Part shown: positions 18,790 to 28,515 of the stretch, piece after piece | Position numbering within the stretch: the stretch's first letter is position 1 | Layout of the letters: every line of letters begins with the position of its first letter | DNA from: Bdellovibrionales bacterium | Lineage (GTDB): Bacteria; Bdellovibrionota; Bdellovibrionia; Bdellovibrionales; UBA1609 | DNA length: 60,232 nt | Assembly (NCBI GenBank): GCA_038144835.1 | Contig: JAYQON010000007.1 | Location: forward strand, 1 to 60,232 | Direction: 5' to 3' | Notes under the pieces: model-generated | Seen by the model: the letters and a program-made list of their open reading frames with translations, nothing else | Database searches by the model: none | Told to the model about the DNA's origin: nothing | Made by a program: the position numbers and the translations under genes

Positions 18790-19822
18790 AGGATATTTTA
18801 TTATTCCTGCGTTTTTTTGCTTCTGTCTGACGCTTTCAGCGTCAGCACTCACATCCACCACGAGCAACATTTCAGTTCCAGCCCGTCTGGCACAAAACAC
18901 ATTCGATCCGCAGATCGAAGACAATGGTTTTTTAGAAGAAGATGATGGGAGCTTAACCGGCGATGAATTCACGACCACCGAGCAAGAATCAGAACCCGCA
19001 TCCGAAACACAAGAACCTGCGCCCACAGGAACAAAACACTCATTCACAAAAGACAATGGTCGCCAACAACTCGGCCCCAGCCGCAAGATTTTCGATTGGG
19101 AAAGACACTCGAATCAGTCGCTCGTACCTCACCCCTTTGCCGAAAAGGGCCTAGTTCGAATCAACCGCGACCGACACTATTTTTACCGCGTCGAGCTGAG
19201 TGAACAAAGACACGCGGCCTCCCTCCGCTTCGGTAAATTCAGTCCGGAAAATCTCGAAAACCCAGACCAGGCCGGGCAGGTCAGCGGTAGCTTTGAGCAA
19301 AACTACGATCAGACCGAAAATCCCATGGTACTTTTCGACTATGAATGGCAGTACTGGCGATCACCCATCGGTAAAGTTGGCGTCAAGGCTGGCACCGGAG
19401 TCTACTTAGCTCAAGGCAACGGTCACTTTGTGAGCTCCACTAACTCCGGCTTAGTTCCACGCGAGCTGTTTACTTTTGTCGCTTTTCCCATTAGTGCGGG
19501 CGCTATTTACAGGATGCACCTAGGGAAAGATAAGCAATTGTTCGTTCCCTACGCCGAAGGTGGCGGTTCGATGTTCGCCTTTGCCGAACTTCGTGATGAC
19601 GACAAACCGCCAAAATTCGGGGCTTCGCCAGCACTTTATTTTGGTGGTGGGTTAGCCATAGATCTGACTTACTTCGATTATCTGTCGCGCGTTCAACTTG
19701 ATCGGGAGTACGGCATTAATGCCGTTTACCTCAACCTCGAGTACCGCAATGTCATAGCACTGAATCAAAAATTTGATTTTAGTGCTGACCTCATGAATGC
19801 TGGCTTTACGCTTGAGTTTTGA
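18782..19822 (+). CDS. Outer-membrane beta-barrel resembling the MXAN_2562 family
   Basis: Signal peptide, acidic linker, FPISAGAIYR, FVPYAEGG, LDREYGINAVYLNLEY, terminal GFTLEF. Confidence 0.7.
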   Translation: MLKGYFIIPAFFCFCLTLSASALTSTTSNISVPARLAQNTFDPQIEDNGFLEEDDGSLTGDEFTTTEQESEPASETQEPAPTGTKHSFTKDNGRQQLGPSRKIFDWERHSNQSLVPHPFAEKGLVRINRDRHYFYRVELSEQRHAASLRFGKFSPENLENPDQAGQVSGSFEQNYDQTENPMVLFDYEWQYWRSPIGKVGVKAGTGVYLAQGNGHFVSSTNSGLVPRELFTFVAFPISAGAIYRMHLGKDKQLFVPYAEGGGSMFAFAELRDDDKPPKFGASPALYFGGGLAIDLTYFDYLSRVQLDREYGINAVYLNLEYRNVIALNQKFDFSADLMNAGFTLEF

Positions 19823-19898
19823 AGCCGCCTAGATATTCCCGTTATCTGAGTCCTTATTGTGGCCACGCCGACCATGATGTAGAGTCTCACCCAATCTT

Positions 19899-20669
19899 AT
19901 GCGCATTCGATTACTGATTTCATATGATGGTTCTCAATTTCAGGGCTGGCAAAAACAGCCGGGACGAACAACAGTCCAAGGAACATTAGAAAATGTTCTC
20001 AGGCAAATTTACTCCACACCCATTCGCGTTGTGGGTTCGGGACGCACAGACGCGGGTACGCATGCTATCGGCCAGGTCGCTCACTACGAGGCCCCCAAAA
20101 GACTGGGTCATCAAACTAAGCTTTTACGCAGCCTCAACGCTTTGCTCCCCGAAACTGCAGTTGTAAAAGCAGTCTGGGAAGCTCCAGATGATTTTCATGC
20201 TCTAGCTTCAGCGCGTCGAAAAACTTACATCTACAGAATTTGGAACCATCCTGTGCGGTCGGCAATTTGGCGGCAGCGAGCACTCCACATCCCTCATCGT
20301 TTAAACTTGTCATTGCTGAACTGTCTGAGTGAGGAAGTGTTGGGGAGTAAAGATTTCAAAAGCTTTCAGAACGAAGGAACTCCAGTAAAATCAACAGTTA
20401 GGAACATCGATACCTGTTTTTGGCATAGTCGCTCGGTCAACCTTGTGGAATTGCGGATACGCGGCAACGGTTTTTTAAAGCAAATGGTTAGGAATCTCGT
20501 GGGAACCATGCTGTATTTGGAGCGTCATGGCGGGGATCGTGAGCAGATGCGCCAGATTTTTGCTGCCCTGAACCGCCAGGCGGCCAAGTCAACTGCCCCT
20601 GCGCACGGACTATATCTTTACTCCGTTGAATACCCGCGGACGCTTGACAATAGGTGCCTAAAACTCTAA
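19899..20669 (+). CDS. truA: tRNA pseudouridine(38-40) synthase
   Basis: YDGSQFQGWQ, GSGRTDAGTHA, GFLKQMVR, APAHGLYL. Confidence 0.96.
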   Translation: MRIRLLISYDGSQFQGWQKQPGRTTVQGTLENVLRQIYSTPIRVVGSGRTDAGTHAIGQVAHYEAPKRLGHQTKLLRSLNALLPETAVVKAVWEAPDDFHALASARRKTYIYRIWNHPVRSAIWRQRALHIPHRLNLSLLNCLSEEVLGSKDFKSFQNEGTPVKSTVRNIDTCFWHSRSVNLVELRIRGNGFLKQMVRNLVGTMLYLERHGGDREQMRQIFAALNRQAAKSTAPAHGLYLYSVEYPRTLDNRCLKL

Positions 20670-20672
20670 ACC
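20644..20672 (+). promoter_or_regulatory. Putative sigma70 promoter for rplM-rpsI embedded in the truA 3' end
   Basis: TTGACA-N17-TAAACC. Confidence 0.5.
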
Positions 20673-20707
20673 TTCTGATTTCTAATCTGTCCAGAAGGAT
20701 AACGCTC

Positions 20708-21136
20708 ATGAAAACGTGGAACGCTCAGCCCGGTGCGGTTCAACAAAAATGGTACGTCGTGGATGCCGCCGGAAAAACCCTCGGCCGTATGGCCACTGAG
20801 ATCGCGAAAATCATCCGCGGCAAAAACAAGCCGACATTCACTCCTCACGTAGACACCGGAGACTTCGTCATCGTGGTTAATTCGGAAAAAGTCGAAATGT
20901 CGGGGAACAAATGGAATGATGAAAAGTTCTACACTCACTCGCGCTACTTTGGTTCTCTAAAAGAGCTCTCCGCAGCGCAAATGCGCGAAAAAGACCCAAC
21001 TCAGGTCGTTCGTGAAGCGGTTGCAGGTATGCTGCCCAAGAACAAGCTGTCTAAACGACTGATCCAGAAACTGAAGGTGTTCAAGGGTCCAAATCACACC
21101 CACGCCTCACAACGTCCTGAAGCTTTGAATATTTAA
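20708..21136 (+). CDS. rplM: 50S ribosomal protein L13
   Basis: WYVVDAAGKTLGR, KPTFTPHVDTGD, GMLPKN; start MKTW after AGAAGGA. Confidence 0.97.
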   Translation: MKTWNAQPGAVQQKWYVVDAAGKTLGRMATEIAKIIRGKNKPTFTPHVDTGDFVIVVNSEKVEMSGNKWNDEKFYTHSRYFGSLKELSAAQMREKDPTQVVREAVAGMLPKNKLSKRLIQKLKVFKGPNHTHASQRPEALNI

Positions 21137-21146
21137 GGGAGAAGAA

Positions 21147-21542
21147 ATGGCTAAAGCTCAAGTTTTTTACGCCACCGGTCGCCGCAAAACGAGTGCGGCT
21201 CGTGTATTTTTAACTGCCGGTTCTGGCAAAATGACTGTCAATGGTCGCGATCTAGATACTTACATGCCCACTTCAATTTCGCGCAATACGTGCATTTCTC
21301 CTTTTTCTCTAACCGACACACGCAACCAATTTGATGCTCGCGTAACTGTGTCGGGTGGTGGCGTGACTGGACAAGCTGAAGCTATCCGTCACGGAGTAGC
21401 TCGCGCTCTGGTCGCTTTGAATCCAGAACTGCGATCGACTCTTAAGAAAGCCGGACTGTTAACGCGTGATTCCCGAATGGTCGAGCGGAAAAAGTACGGT
21501 AAACATAAAGCTCGTCGCAGTACACAGTTCTCAAAGCGCTAA
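21147..21542 (+). CDS. rpsI: 30S ribosomal protein S9
   Basis: TGRRKTS, GGGVTGQAEAIRHG, ERKKYG...QFSKR. Confidence 0.97.
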   Translation: MAKAQVFYATGRRKTSAARVFLTAGSGKMTVNGRDLDTYMPTSISRNTCISPFSLTDTRNQFDARVTVSGGGVTGQAEAIRHGVARALVALNPELRSTLKKAGLLTRDSRMVERKKYGKHKARRSTQFSKR

Positions 21543-21573
21543 TCCACGCTTTGTATTTGGGAACTTTTCCCAC

Positions 21574-21609
21574 AAAAAAACCCAGGCTTATCAGTCTGGG
21601 TTTTTTTTT
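21574..21609. terminator. Bidirectional intrinsic terminator
   Basis: A7-CCCAGGCT-tatc-AGTCTGGG-T9 between convergent rpsI and the M23 gene. Confidence 0.9.
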
Positions 21610-21627
21610 GATTAAAAAATAAGCCGA

Positions 21628-22635
21628 TTATTCTGTGAGGATGTAGTTGAAGGGATCAACAGCTATACCATGAATACGAACTTCATAATGTAAGTGGGCT
21701 CCCGTCGATCGGCCAGTATTTCCAACCGCTGAAATCACATCCCAGCGGCGAACCCGTTGCCCTTGCTCTACAAAGACTCGAGAATTGTGGCCATAGCGAG
21801 TCACAACGCCGTATCCGTGATCAATTGAAACCAGTTTTCCATACCCTGCTTCGTAGCCCACATAAGAAACAATACCGTCGGCGGGAGCGTAAACGGGAGT
21901 ACCCGGTGGAGCAGCCATATCCAGACCCGCGTGCATTTCTGCGCGGTTAGTGAATGGGTCCGCCCGATATCCAAACCGTGAGGTGAACCAACCACGTGTT
22001 GGCTTGATCGAAGGAGTTGCGGCCAAAAGACTTTGCCGTTCAGAAAGGGTGTCCCACAGCTGAAGCACCCCTTGCTCACGCAGTTGGGACTGGCGCATAG
22101 CGCGATCGATGCGTACGGAAAGTGAAGAATAATCGCGAGCGACTTCACGCGTACCGCTCAACTCCCCTGACTTTTCGTCGGCGAATGGTCGCTCCAAAGG
22201 CAGAGGTTCTCGAATCATAAACTCACTGGAAGGCAAGCGGGTTACAGTTCCAGAAATAGGTTCAACCTGCCCTCCATCTCTTGAAATCGGACTCAGCGAA
22301 AGCTTAAGTGCCCGCTCGTCGTCATCGATGTTGGTAATGAGATTCAGCTTTTTTGTGAAATTTTGAATTCGTTCAATACTGGCTTCAAGGCTTGATAACC
22401 TCTCCTCTGCAACTTGAAACTCCTTTTTGAGCATTGAATTTTCAGCGTGCAGAAACCGATTTTCATTGGCTTTAAGCAGTAAACCAAAATAGTCCAGGGT
22501 TGCGGTTGCGGCTAGCAAGGCTACGCAAAACCCCAAAAAACTCAATACTTTGAGCCAGCTTGCACGAATTGTAAATTTAAGCGTCTCACCGTGCCGGTTG
22601 CTGGCTATTAGAATCGTGTAGCTTTTGTTATCCAT
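21628..22635 (-). CDS. M23 family metallopeptidase (TM + coiled coil + LytM domain)
   Basis: HAGLD (HxxxD), GYGKLVSIDHG, STGAHLHYEV (HxH). Confidence 0.93.
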   Translation of the reverse strand: MDNKSYTILIASNRHGETLKFTIRASWLKVLSFLGFCVALLAATATLDYFGLLLKANENRFLHAENSMLKKEFQVAEERLSSLEASIERIQNFTKKLNLITNIDDDERALKLSLSPISRDGGQVEPISGTVTRLPSSEFMIREPLPLERPFADEKSGELSGTREVARDYSSLSVRIDRAMRQSQLREQGVLQLWDTLSERQSLLAATPSIKPTRGWFTSRFGYRADPFTNRAEMHAGLDMAAPPGTPVYAPADGIVSYVGYEAGYGKLVSIDHGYGVVTRYGHNSRVFVEQGQRVRRWDVISAVGNTGRSTGAHLHYEVRIHGIAVDPFNYILTE

Positions 22636-22700
22636 TGCCCCTCGATAATCTCAATATTTAAGACCCGGACGGAACAATTTAGGGTTCATAGCTATATGCG

Positions 22701-23435
22701 TCAACCACCAATTTTCGGGCAGATGACTATGACTGAGATATTGTCATCACCACCAGCAGCCTTAGCTTCTTTAATGCATTGAGCTACAATTTCTTCTGGG
22801 GGCGTACTGTCAAGAATCGCAGCCAAGCGTTCTGATGGAACCAACCCGCTTAATCCGTCTGAGCACAACAAATAACGTTCGCCTGCCTGTGGCTCTCTCT
22901 CAAGCACATCCACCATGACGTCTTTTTCAAATCCAACACTTCGCGTAATTACATTGCGACCAACTACATGAGGCGCGTCTTCTTCTGAAATCATGCCGGC
23001 ACGAACTTGTTCGTTTATGAGTGAATGATCCTCGGTAAGTTGCCACATTTTGCGGTTCGAAATTAAGTAGGCCCGCGAGTCTCCGACATTGCCAATGTAG
23101 ATTCGACCTCGATGTTCCCAAAATAAAACCATCGTTGTGCCCATTCCCATCAACTCTGGGGACTCAAAAGTGCTTTTGTGGTGGATTCGGCTAGAGGCCT
23201 CACGATAGGCCTCTGCGAGCACCTTTCTTGGAGAGAGTTTTGCCTCTTTCACTCGCCGCTGAAGCATCTCCTGGACTGTCTCTACGGCTATGGCTGAGGC
23301 GACTTCACCACCTTTGTGACCACCCATTCCATCGGCAACGACGAAGAGGTTCAAATCATGGTCGACCAGAATAGCATCCTGATTGATATCGCGCTTTAGA
23401 CCGACGTCTGTCTGTGCCCACACATCAAATCGCAT
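22701..23435 (-). CDS. Stp1/PrpC-type PP2C Ser/Thr phosphatase
   Basis: RDINQD, VADGMGGH, MGTT, VGDSRAY, LLCSDGL, GDDNIS are all intact. Confidence 0.95.
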   Translation of the reverse strand: MRFDVWAQTDVGLKRDINQDAILVDHDLNLFVVADGMGGHKGGEVASAIAVETVQEMLQRRVKEAKLSPRKVLAEAYREASSRIHHKSTFESPELMGMGTTMVLFWEHRGRIYIGNVGDSRAYLISNRKMWQLTEDHSLINEQVRAGMISEEDAPHVVGRNVITRSVGFEKDVMVDVLEREPQAGERYLLCSDGLSGLVPSERLAAILDSTPPEEIVAQCIKEAKAAGGDDNISVIVICPKIGG

Positions 23436-23520
23436 AGTCGAGATTTTGACACGTCCAAATCATGTCTGTCGAGGGAAATGGACTCTCAAGAGACAGCCGC
23501 AAAACGCCGATCTAATCCTT

Positions 23521-24438
23521 GTGAGAGCGACACCACCCACCCCGCAATCCAATGCACGACGCCGCACCAAGATTTTCTTGTTACTCTCCGCTCTTACTCA
23601 TGGCCTTATTCTGCTGGCTTCAAGAGGCTGGACTCCACCGCCATTCACGCCCCCGACGTCTAAAGTCGAGGTGACTTACCTAGACCCCGACGCCCAGAAA
23701 GACCCCAAGGACGCTTCCAGGCGCAATCAGAGAACACAACAAATCGTTGAGCAACAAAAGCAAATCAACGACGAGGTCGACAAAAAAACACGTTTGCTTA
23801 GCGCTTTTAATCAAAAAGTGATCCAAGAAACTCGGGCCGAACGCTCCGGCAAATTTACCAACACGGCTAGCGGCGGAAAGCCGACTGAAGGATCAAAAAA
23901 TTTTAAGAAGCAAGCTAATGACAAATCTAGGGCAAAAATTCTTCCTTCAGATAGAGGAGAATTGCCGGCTCTCAAAGATCTGACACCAAAATTTTCTCTT
24001 GAACAAGGCCTCCAAGGTCCTCAAGCGGATATCAACGGCAATCCTTCACAAAGCGATGACTATCTTCAAGATGTACAGCCGGGCCTACAGACTCTTCTCA
24101 GCACTCGAGAGTTCGTTTACTATGCCTACTATGCACGGATTAAAGATGCCCTGAGGCAACACTGGGAACCAACAGTGCGCGAAAAAGTCAAAATCATTTA
24201 CCGACAAGGGCGCAACATCGCCTCTGCCAAAGACCGCGTGACTCAGGTTTTAGTCACTCTCAATTCCCAAGGGGAATTGATCCGCGTCGATGTTCTCTCC
24301 GCTAGTGGAGTTGAAGACCTCGATTCTGCCGCTATAGAAGCTTTTCAAAACGCCTCGCCCTTTCCGAACCCTCCCAAGGGAATGGTCGAATCTGATGGCA
24401 CCGTTAAAATTCGTTGGGATTTTGTCTTGGAAGCCTAA
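23521..24438 (+). CDS. TonB family energy transducer
   Basis: TM with SxxxH (LSALTHG), Pro/charged linker, C-terminal SASGVEDLDSAAIEAFQNASPFPNPP. Start uncertain; GTG 23521 chosen. Confidence 0.8.
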   Translation: MRATPPTPQSNARRRTKIFLLLSALTHGLILLASRGWTPPPFTPPTSKVEVTYLDPDAQKDPKDASRRNQRTQQIVEQQKQINDEVDKKTRLLSAFNQKVIQETRAERSGKFTNTASGGKPTEGSKNFKKQANDKSRAKILPSDRGELPALKDLTPKFSLEQGLQGPQADINGNPSQSDDYLQDVQPGLQTLLSTREFVYYAYYARIKDALRQHWEPTVREKVKIIYRQGRNIASAKDRVTQVLVTLNSQGELIRVDVLSASGVEDLDSAAIEAFQNASPFPNPPKGMVESDGTVKIRWDFVLEA

Positions 24439-25010
24439 TGAAAGTACTTTTACTCTGCGGTTACCGCACCAGTGACGAACAGGAAACTCCCCTCGGGCTC
24501 GAGCGTGATTCTGATGGCATAACCTTGATCGATCAGCGCATCCAACAACTGCAAGAGATGGGTTTAGAAGTGATTTGCATTGTCGCGGGTAACATTGCCG
24601 AAGCCCAGCTTCGCCAATGCAGCCGCATCGCCAATGTGGAACTCGTCTATGATGATGAACAACACCCCAGCTTATTAACCAACATTCGCTTTGGCTTAGA
24701 AGCCGTTGACGATGATGGGTGCTTTGTTTTGCCAGTTGAGCTTCCCAGCCCTCCGGCTGAATATTGGGCGCGACTCAAGGAGGAATGGCGAAAGGTTCGC
24801 TTCGATAGCGATTATTCTTTCCTTCAGGGGGTAGATACCACAACAGGAGCACCGTGCCACCTTGGCTTTCCCTTGATCGTCACTCGGGCCGGCAATAAGC
24901 AAATTGTCTCGACCCCAGAGATTCGCCAGATGCTTGACGCTCGCCTGAAGTACCTCTGTCTAAATTTTTCACCGCAAGCAGGTCTTGCCCCATCGGCAAA
25001 GCCCATCTAA
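24438..25010 (+). CDS. MobA/MocA-like NTP transferase domain protein, degenerate
   Basis: N-terminal MKVLLLCG, TLIDQRIQQL, SLLTNIRFGL, FVLPVELP, GFPLIV follow the MocA-like layout. Confidence 0.55.
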   Translation: MKVLLLCGYRTSDEQETPLGLERDSDGITLIDQRIQQLQEMGLEVICIVAGNIAEAQLRQCSRIANVELVYDDEQHPSLLTNIRFGLEAVDDDGCFVLPVELPSPPAEYWARLKEEWRKVRFDSDYSFLQGVDTTTGAPCHLGFPLIVTRAGNKQIVSTPEIRQMLDARLKYLCLNFSPQAGLAPSAKPI

Positions 25011-25042
25011 ATTGAGCCATTATTCTTTTCACGGAGAAGCAC

Positions 25043-27838
25043 ATGTCCAAAGGCTTGGATCTAGAAGTTTTGAACTCCATTGCTCGCCGCGCCCATTATT
25101 TGGCGAACAAGATGATCTATGTCGCCAATAACCGCGAAAACGTCGAGAAGGGTGACCCGAAAATCGGAGGCCATTCGTCAGCAAGCTCCAGCGCTCTACA
25201 TATTCTAGGCGCTTTACATTTGGTGACCCGAACGGGTTACGACTGGATTGCCAATAAGCCACATGCTGCACCAGCTGATCATTCCTACAATTACCTCTTG
25301 GATCTTCTTGTCAATCAAGACCTACAGCGGCTGAGCTTGGACGAGGCGAACGTGGCGATGCGTTCCCTCCGGGCTTTCCCACAGGGAGATGAGTGGGTCT
25401 TTCAGTCCTATCACTCCGCTTACGATCCGGATCATCACAACTTTTTCCCCTCAGGCACGGTTGGAATTCCACCTGTTAATGCTGGTTATTTAGCTCTGGC
25501 GTACCGGTATGCCGCCCGCCACGGATATAACGTACCTCCTGCGCATTTCTGGGCTGTCATGGGCGACTCCGAATTCCGCGAGGGGTCGCTGTCCGAGGCC
25601 ATCCCTGACTTCTCCGAACGCGAACTTGGCAATCTAACATGGATCGTCGACTTCAATCGCCAAAGTTTGGATGGCCACCGGATCACCAATAACAAGATTT
25701 ATGGTACGGATGCCCACCGTATTCAGCTCATGATGGAGGCCAACGGTTGGCAAGTACTGCATGCCCGTCACGGCAAAAAACGTGAAGGGCTTTTCAAGCG
25801 GGATGGCGGCAAGCTGTTCCGTGAGCTTTTCGAAGGCGGACTTGCCGATTATGAATTGCAAGTGCTTTTGCTTTTACACGAAGGCAAATCGGCGCGTGAT
25901 TTCATCCTTGAAAAAATGCCCAAGCTCGAAAAATTTATCAAAAGCCTAACTGACACAGAACTGCTGGGAGCGATTGCGGATTTCGGGGGGCATGATTTTG
26001 AAACCCTTATTGAATGTTTCAATCTCAGCAAACAAGAAACCCACCGCCCCACAATGATCATCGCTCACACCGTCAAAGGTTGGGGACTGCGTATGGCCGC
26101 CAACCCGGGCAATCACTCAGCACTCCCCGAGTCCGAAGAGCTGGATGCATTGGCCGAGCGTAGCCATATGCCGAAAGACCTTGATTTTGCGCGGTTCGAC
26201 GCCAACTCCGCTGAGGGTAAATTTCTTAAAGCCCGAGGGGAGAAACTTTTTTCAGACATGAAAATGCAACATGAGCTCAAGGCTAAAAATAAAGCGTTTT
26301 TTGCGAAGATGGCCAATGAGCTTGGTGAAATGGGTGATTCATTGGAGATCAACTACAAAATGGCCAACTATCCGCACACTCAATGGATGTTGGGGCAGTT
26401 GACCGCCAAACTCACCCGAATTGCAAATACGCCTTTAGACACCAATGCCCTCAAGGCAAAGCAAAAACCTCTCATGTCTGCTGAAAAAGCCTTTAAGTTA
26501 GCTGGTGAGATGATGGTGTCAATGGCCCCGGATGTCGGTACCAGTACAAACCTTAACCCAGCGATGGACGGCAAAATCTACAGCGCCAACGATGTCGAAG
26601 ACGTAGAGTCCGAAATGGGCGTGAAAGACAAAACCGTGCCTGACTTGGTGCCAGGTGAAGACGTCACAGACCGGTTCCTTCGCTTTGACATTACTGAAGC
26701 TAACGTCATGTCCTGCGTAGGATCTTTTGGCAAAATACGCGAAACATTGGGTATTCCTTTAATACCATTGATGACGGTTTACGACTTCTTCATCAAGCGG
26801 GCTCTCGATCAACTTTTCTATAATCTTTATTGGAAATCCTCATTCGTACTCGTGGGAACTCCCTCAGGCGTGACCCTCTCACCAGAAGGTGCACAGCACG
26901 GTTGGAAATCAGACTTTCAGATTCCAAATCAGATCACTTGGGAACCCTTCTTTGTAGCCGAGTTAGACTGGATTTTTACAGATTCCATTCGCCGCCTGCT
27001 CAACTGGAATGACGAAGGTCGCAGCGGTGTCATTATCCGGGGAGTAACTCGTGGCATAGACCAGAAGACTTTGCCTCAGCTACTCAAGACCCAGAGACGG
27101 TTCAAGATAGGACTCAACGAGGACACTTATCTGTCCCCCGCCGGAATGGAAGTGCCCGGGGCCATTGATGAATCTGCGGTTGAGGCGCTGAATGATGCCG
27201 AGCTCATGTCACACGTCCGCGCAGATGTTCTTGAAGGGGCCTATTACCTGATCGACTACCGCGGCTATGTAGGTTACGAGCCGGGCGACAACGTCGTGCA
27301 TATCTTCTCGATGGGATCACCCACCACCGAAGCCATCAAAGCCTCGCAAACACTTCTGGCTAAAGGTATCTATGCTAATGTGATCGTCGTCACCAGCCCA
27401 GATTTGCTTTTGGGCAATTTGGCTTACCAAAATGACTACCGGCATCTTCGCGAAACTTTGCAAATCAATGCTCACCTTTATCTCAAAACAATCGATGCTA
27501 AAGACTCAGGCGAATTACGCACTATTTCTGGTCGCAGAATTCCAATCGTCAGTGTGCACGATGGTGAAATTGGACTATTAGACAACATTGGTTCGATTGT
27601 GGGAGTGCGTCAAGAAACGTTGGCTGTGCGTAAACACTCCAAATGCGGACGACCCGTTGATGTTTTTCGTTATCATCACCTAGATGCCAGCTCAATTGTC
27701 GAAGCTTGCGGCAAGGTGCTGGCCGAGACAGCTTTAGAAAATACCTATCTTCCTGGTGAAAGCCATTCGAGTCAGAGATCACCCGACTCGACGGCGATTG
27801 GTTCTTGGCGGCAACTTTGGCCAGATATAGGCAATTGA
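25043..27838 (+). CDS. aceE: Pyruvate dehydrogenase E1, homodimeric AceE/transketolase-like type
   Basis: KIGGHSSAS, TPP motif GDSEFREG...NRQSLDG, HTVKGWG, TLSPEGAQH. Confidence 0.85.
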   Translation: MSKGLDLEVLNSIARRAHYLANKMIYVANNRENVEKGDPKIGGHSSASSSALHILGALHLVTRTGYDWIANKPHAAPADHSYNYLLDLLVNQDLQRLSLDEANVAMRSLRAFPQGDEWVFQSYHSAYDPDHHNFFPSGTVGIPPVNAGYLALAYRYAARHGYNVPPAHFWAVMGDSEFREGSLSEAIPDFSERELGNLTWIVDFNRQSLDGHRITNNKIYGTDAHRIQLMMEANGWQVLHARHGKKREGLFKRDGGKLFRELFEGGLADYELQVLLLLHEGKSARDFILEKMPKLEKFIKSLTDTELLGAIADFGGHDFETLIECFNLSKQETHRPTMIIAHTVKGWGLRMAANPGNHSALPESEELDALAERSHMPKDLDFARFDANSAEGKFLKARGEKLFSDMKMQHELKAKNKAFFAKMANELGEMGDSLEINYKMANYPHTQWMLGQLTAKLTRIANTPLDTNALKAKQKPLMSAEKAFKLAGEMMVSMAPDVGTSTNLNPAMDGKIYSANDVEDVESEMGVKDKTVPDLVPGEDVTDRFLRFDITEANVMSCVGSFGKIRETLGIPLIPLMTVYDFFIKRALDQLFYNLYWKSSFVLVGTPSGVTLSPEGAQHGWKSDFQIPNQITWEPFFVAELDWIFTDSIRRLLNWNDEGRSGVIIRGVTRGIDQKTLPQLLKTQRRFKIGLNEDTYLSPAGMEVPGAIDESAVEALNDAELMSHVRADVLEGAYYLIDYRGYVGYEPGDNVVHIFSMGSPTTEAIKASQTLLAKGIYANVIVVTSPDLLLGNLAYQNDYRHLRETLQINAHLYLKTIDAKDSGELRTISGRRIPIVSVHDGEIGLLDNIGSIVGVRQETLAVRKHSKCGRPVDVFRYHHLDASSIVEACGKVLAETALENTYLPGESHSSQRSPDSTAIGSWRQLWPDIGN

Positions 27839-28476
27839 GCAATCGTCATCCCCTCGCTTGTGGGGATGATGATCGAATTGTATTTTGAGGGATCGGCAAG
27901 GCGCTGATTAAACTCCCTCATCACTTGAATTTGCTTGGGACCAGCCTCACGGTCGTCCGACTGCCCCCACATGGCCCCAAAAAGAAAGGTGTTATCACCT
28001 ACGATCAAACCGCCGGGTCGAACATTTTTTTCGGCCCAGTTCAAGTAAGTGATATAGCCAGACTTATTAGCATCAATGAAAACCATATCAAAGGGGCCTT
28101 CCTTCTCAATTTCAGCAAGTATCTCCTCGCCCCCGCCACAACGAGCATCAATGCGTTCAGCCACTGAAGAAGAATCAAAAAATTTTTGGGCGATTGCAAA
28201 ATTCTGCGGATTTTTTTCAATCGTTATCAGTCGACCATCCTCGGGTAAAACTTTAGCCATAGCTAACGCTGAGTAACCAAATAAAGTGCCAACTTCAACA
28301 ATCTTACGAACACAAAACCCGCGAATTAAAAACTGCAGTAATCGAGCTTCGTGACCCGAGATAGACATAAATCCCAACTTATGGGCCTCTAGCTCGGCTT
28401 TTACCGACAGCAATTCTTCATCATCCAGTTTAAAAATTTCGTTGATATACTTTTCTTCTGATCTTTGAGCACGCAT
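27772..28476 (-). CDS. SAM-dependent O-methyltransferase (caffeoyl-CoA OMT / Methyltransf_3 family)
   Basis: VEVGTLFGYSAL, FDMVFIDANK, GGLIVGDN. Confidence 0.92.
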   Translation of the reverse strand: MRAQRSEEKYINEIFKLDDEELLSVKAELEAHKLGFMSISGHEARLLQFLIRGFCVRKIVEVGTLFGYSALAMAKVLPEDGRLITIEKNPQNFAIAQKFFDSSSVAERIDARCGGGEEILAEIEKEGPFDMVFIDANKSGYITYLNWAEKNVRPGGLIVGDNTFLFGAMWGQSDDREAGPKQIQVMREFNQRLADPSKYNSIIIPTSEGMTIAQLPISGQSCRQEPIAVESGDL

Positions 28477-28515
28477 AGGTGATCAGATACCAGCTTTGTG
28501 TTAGACTGACAAAAT

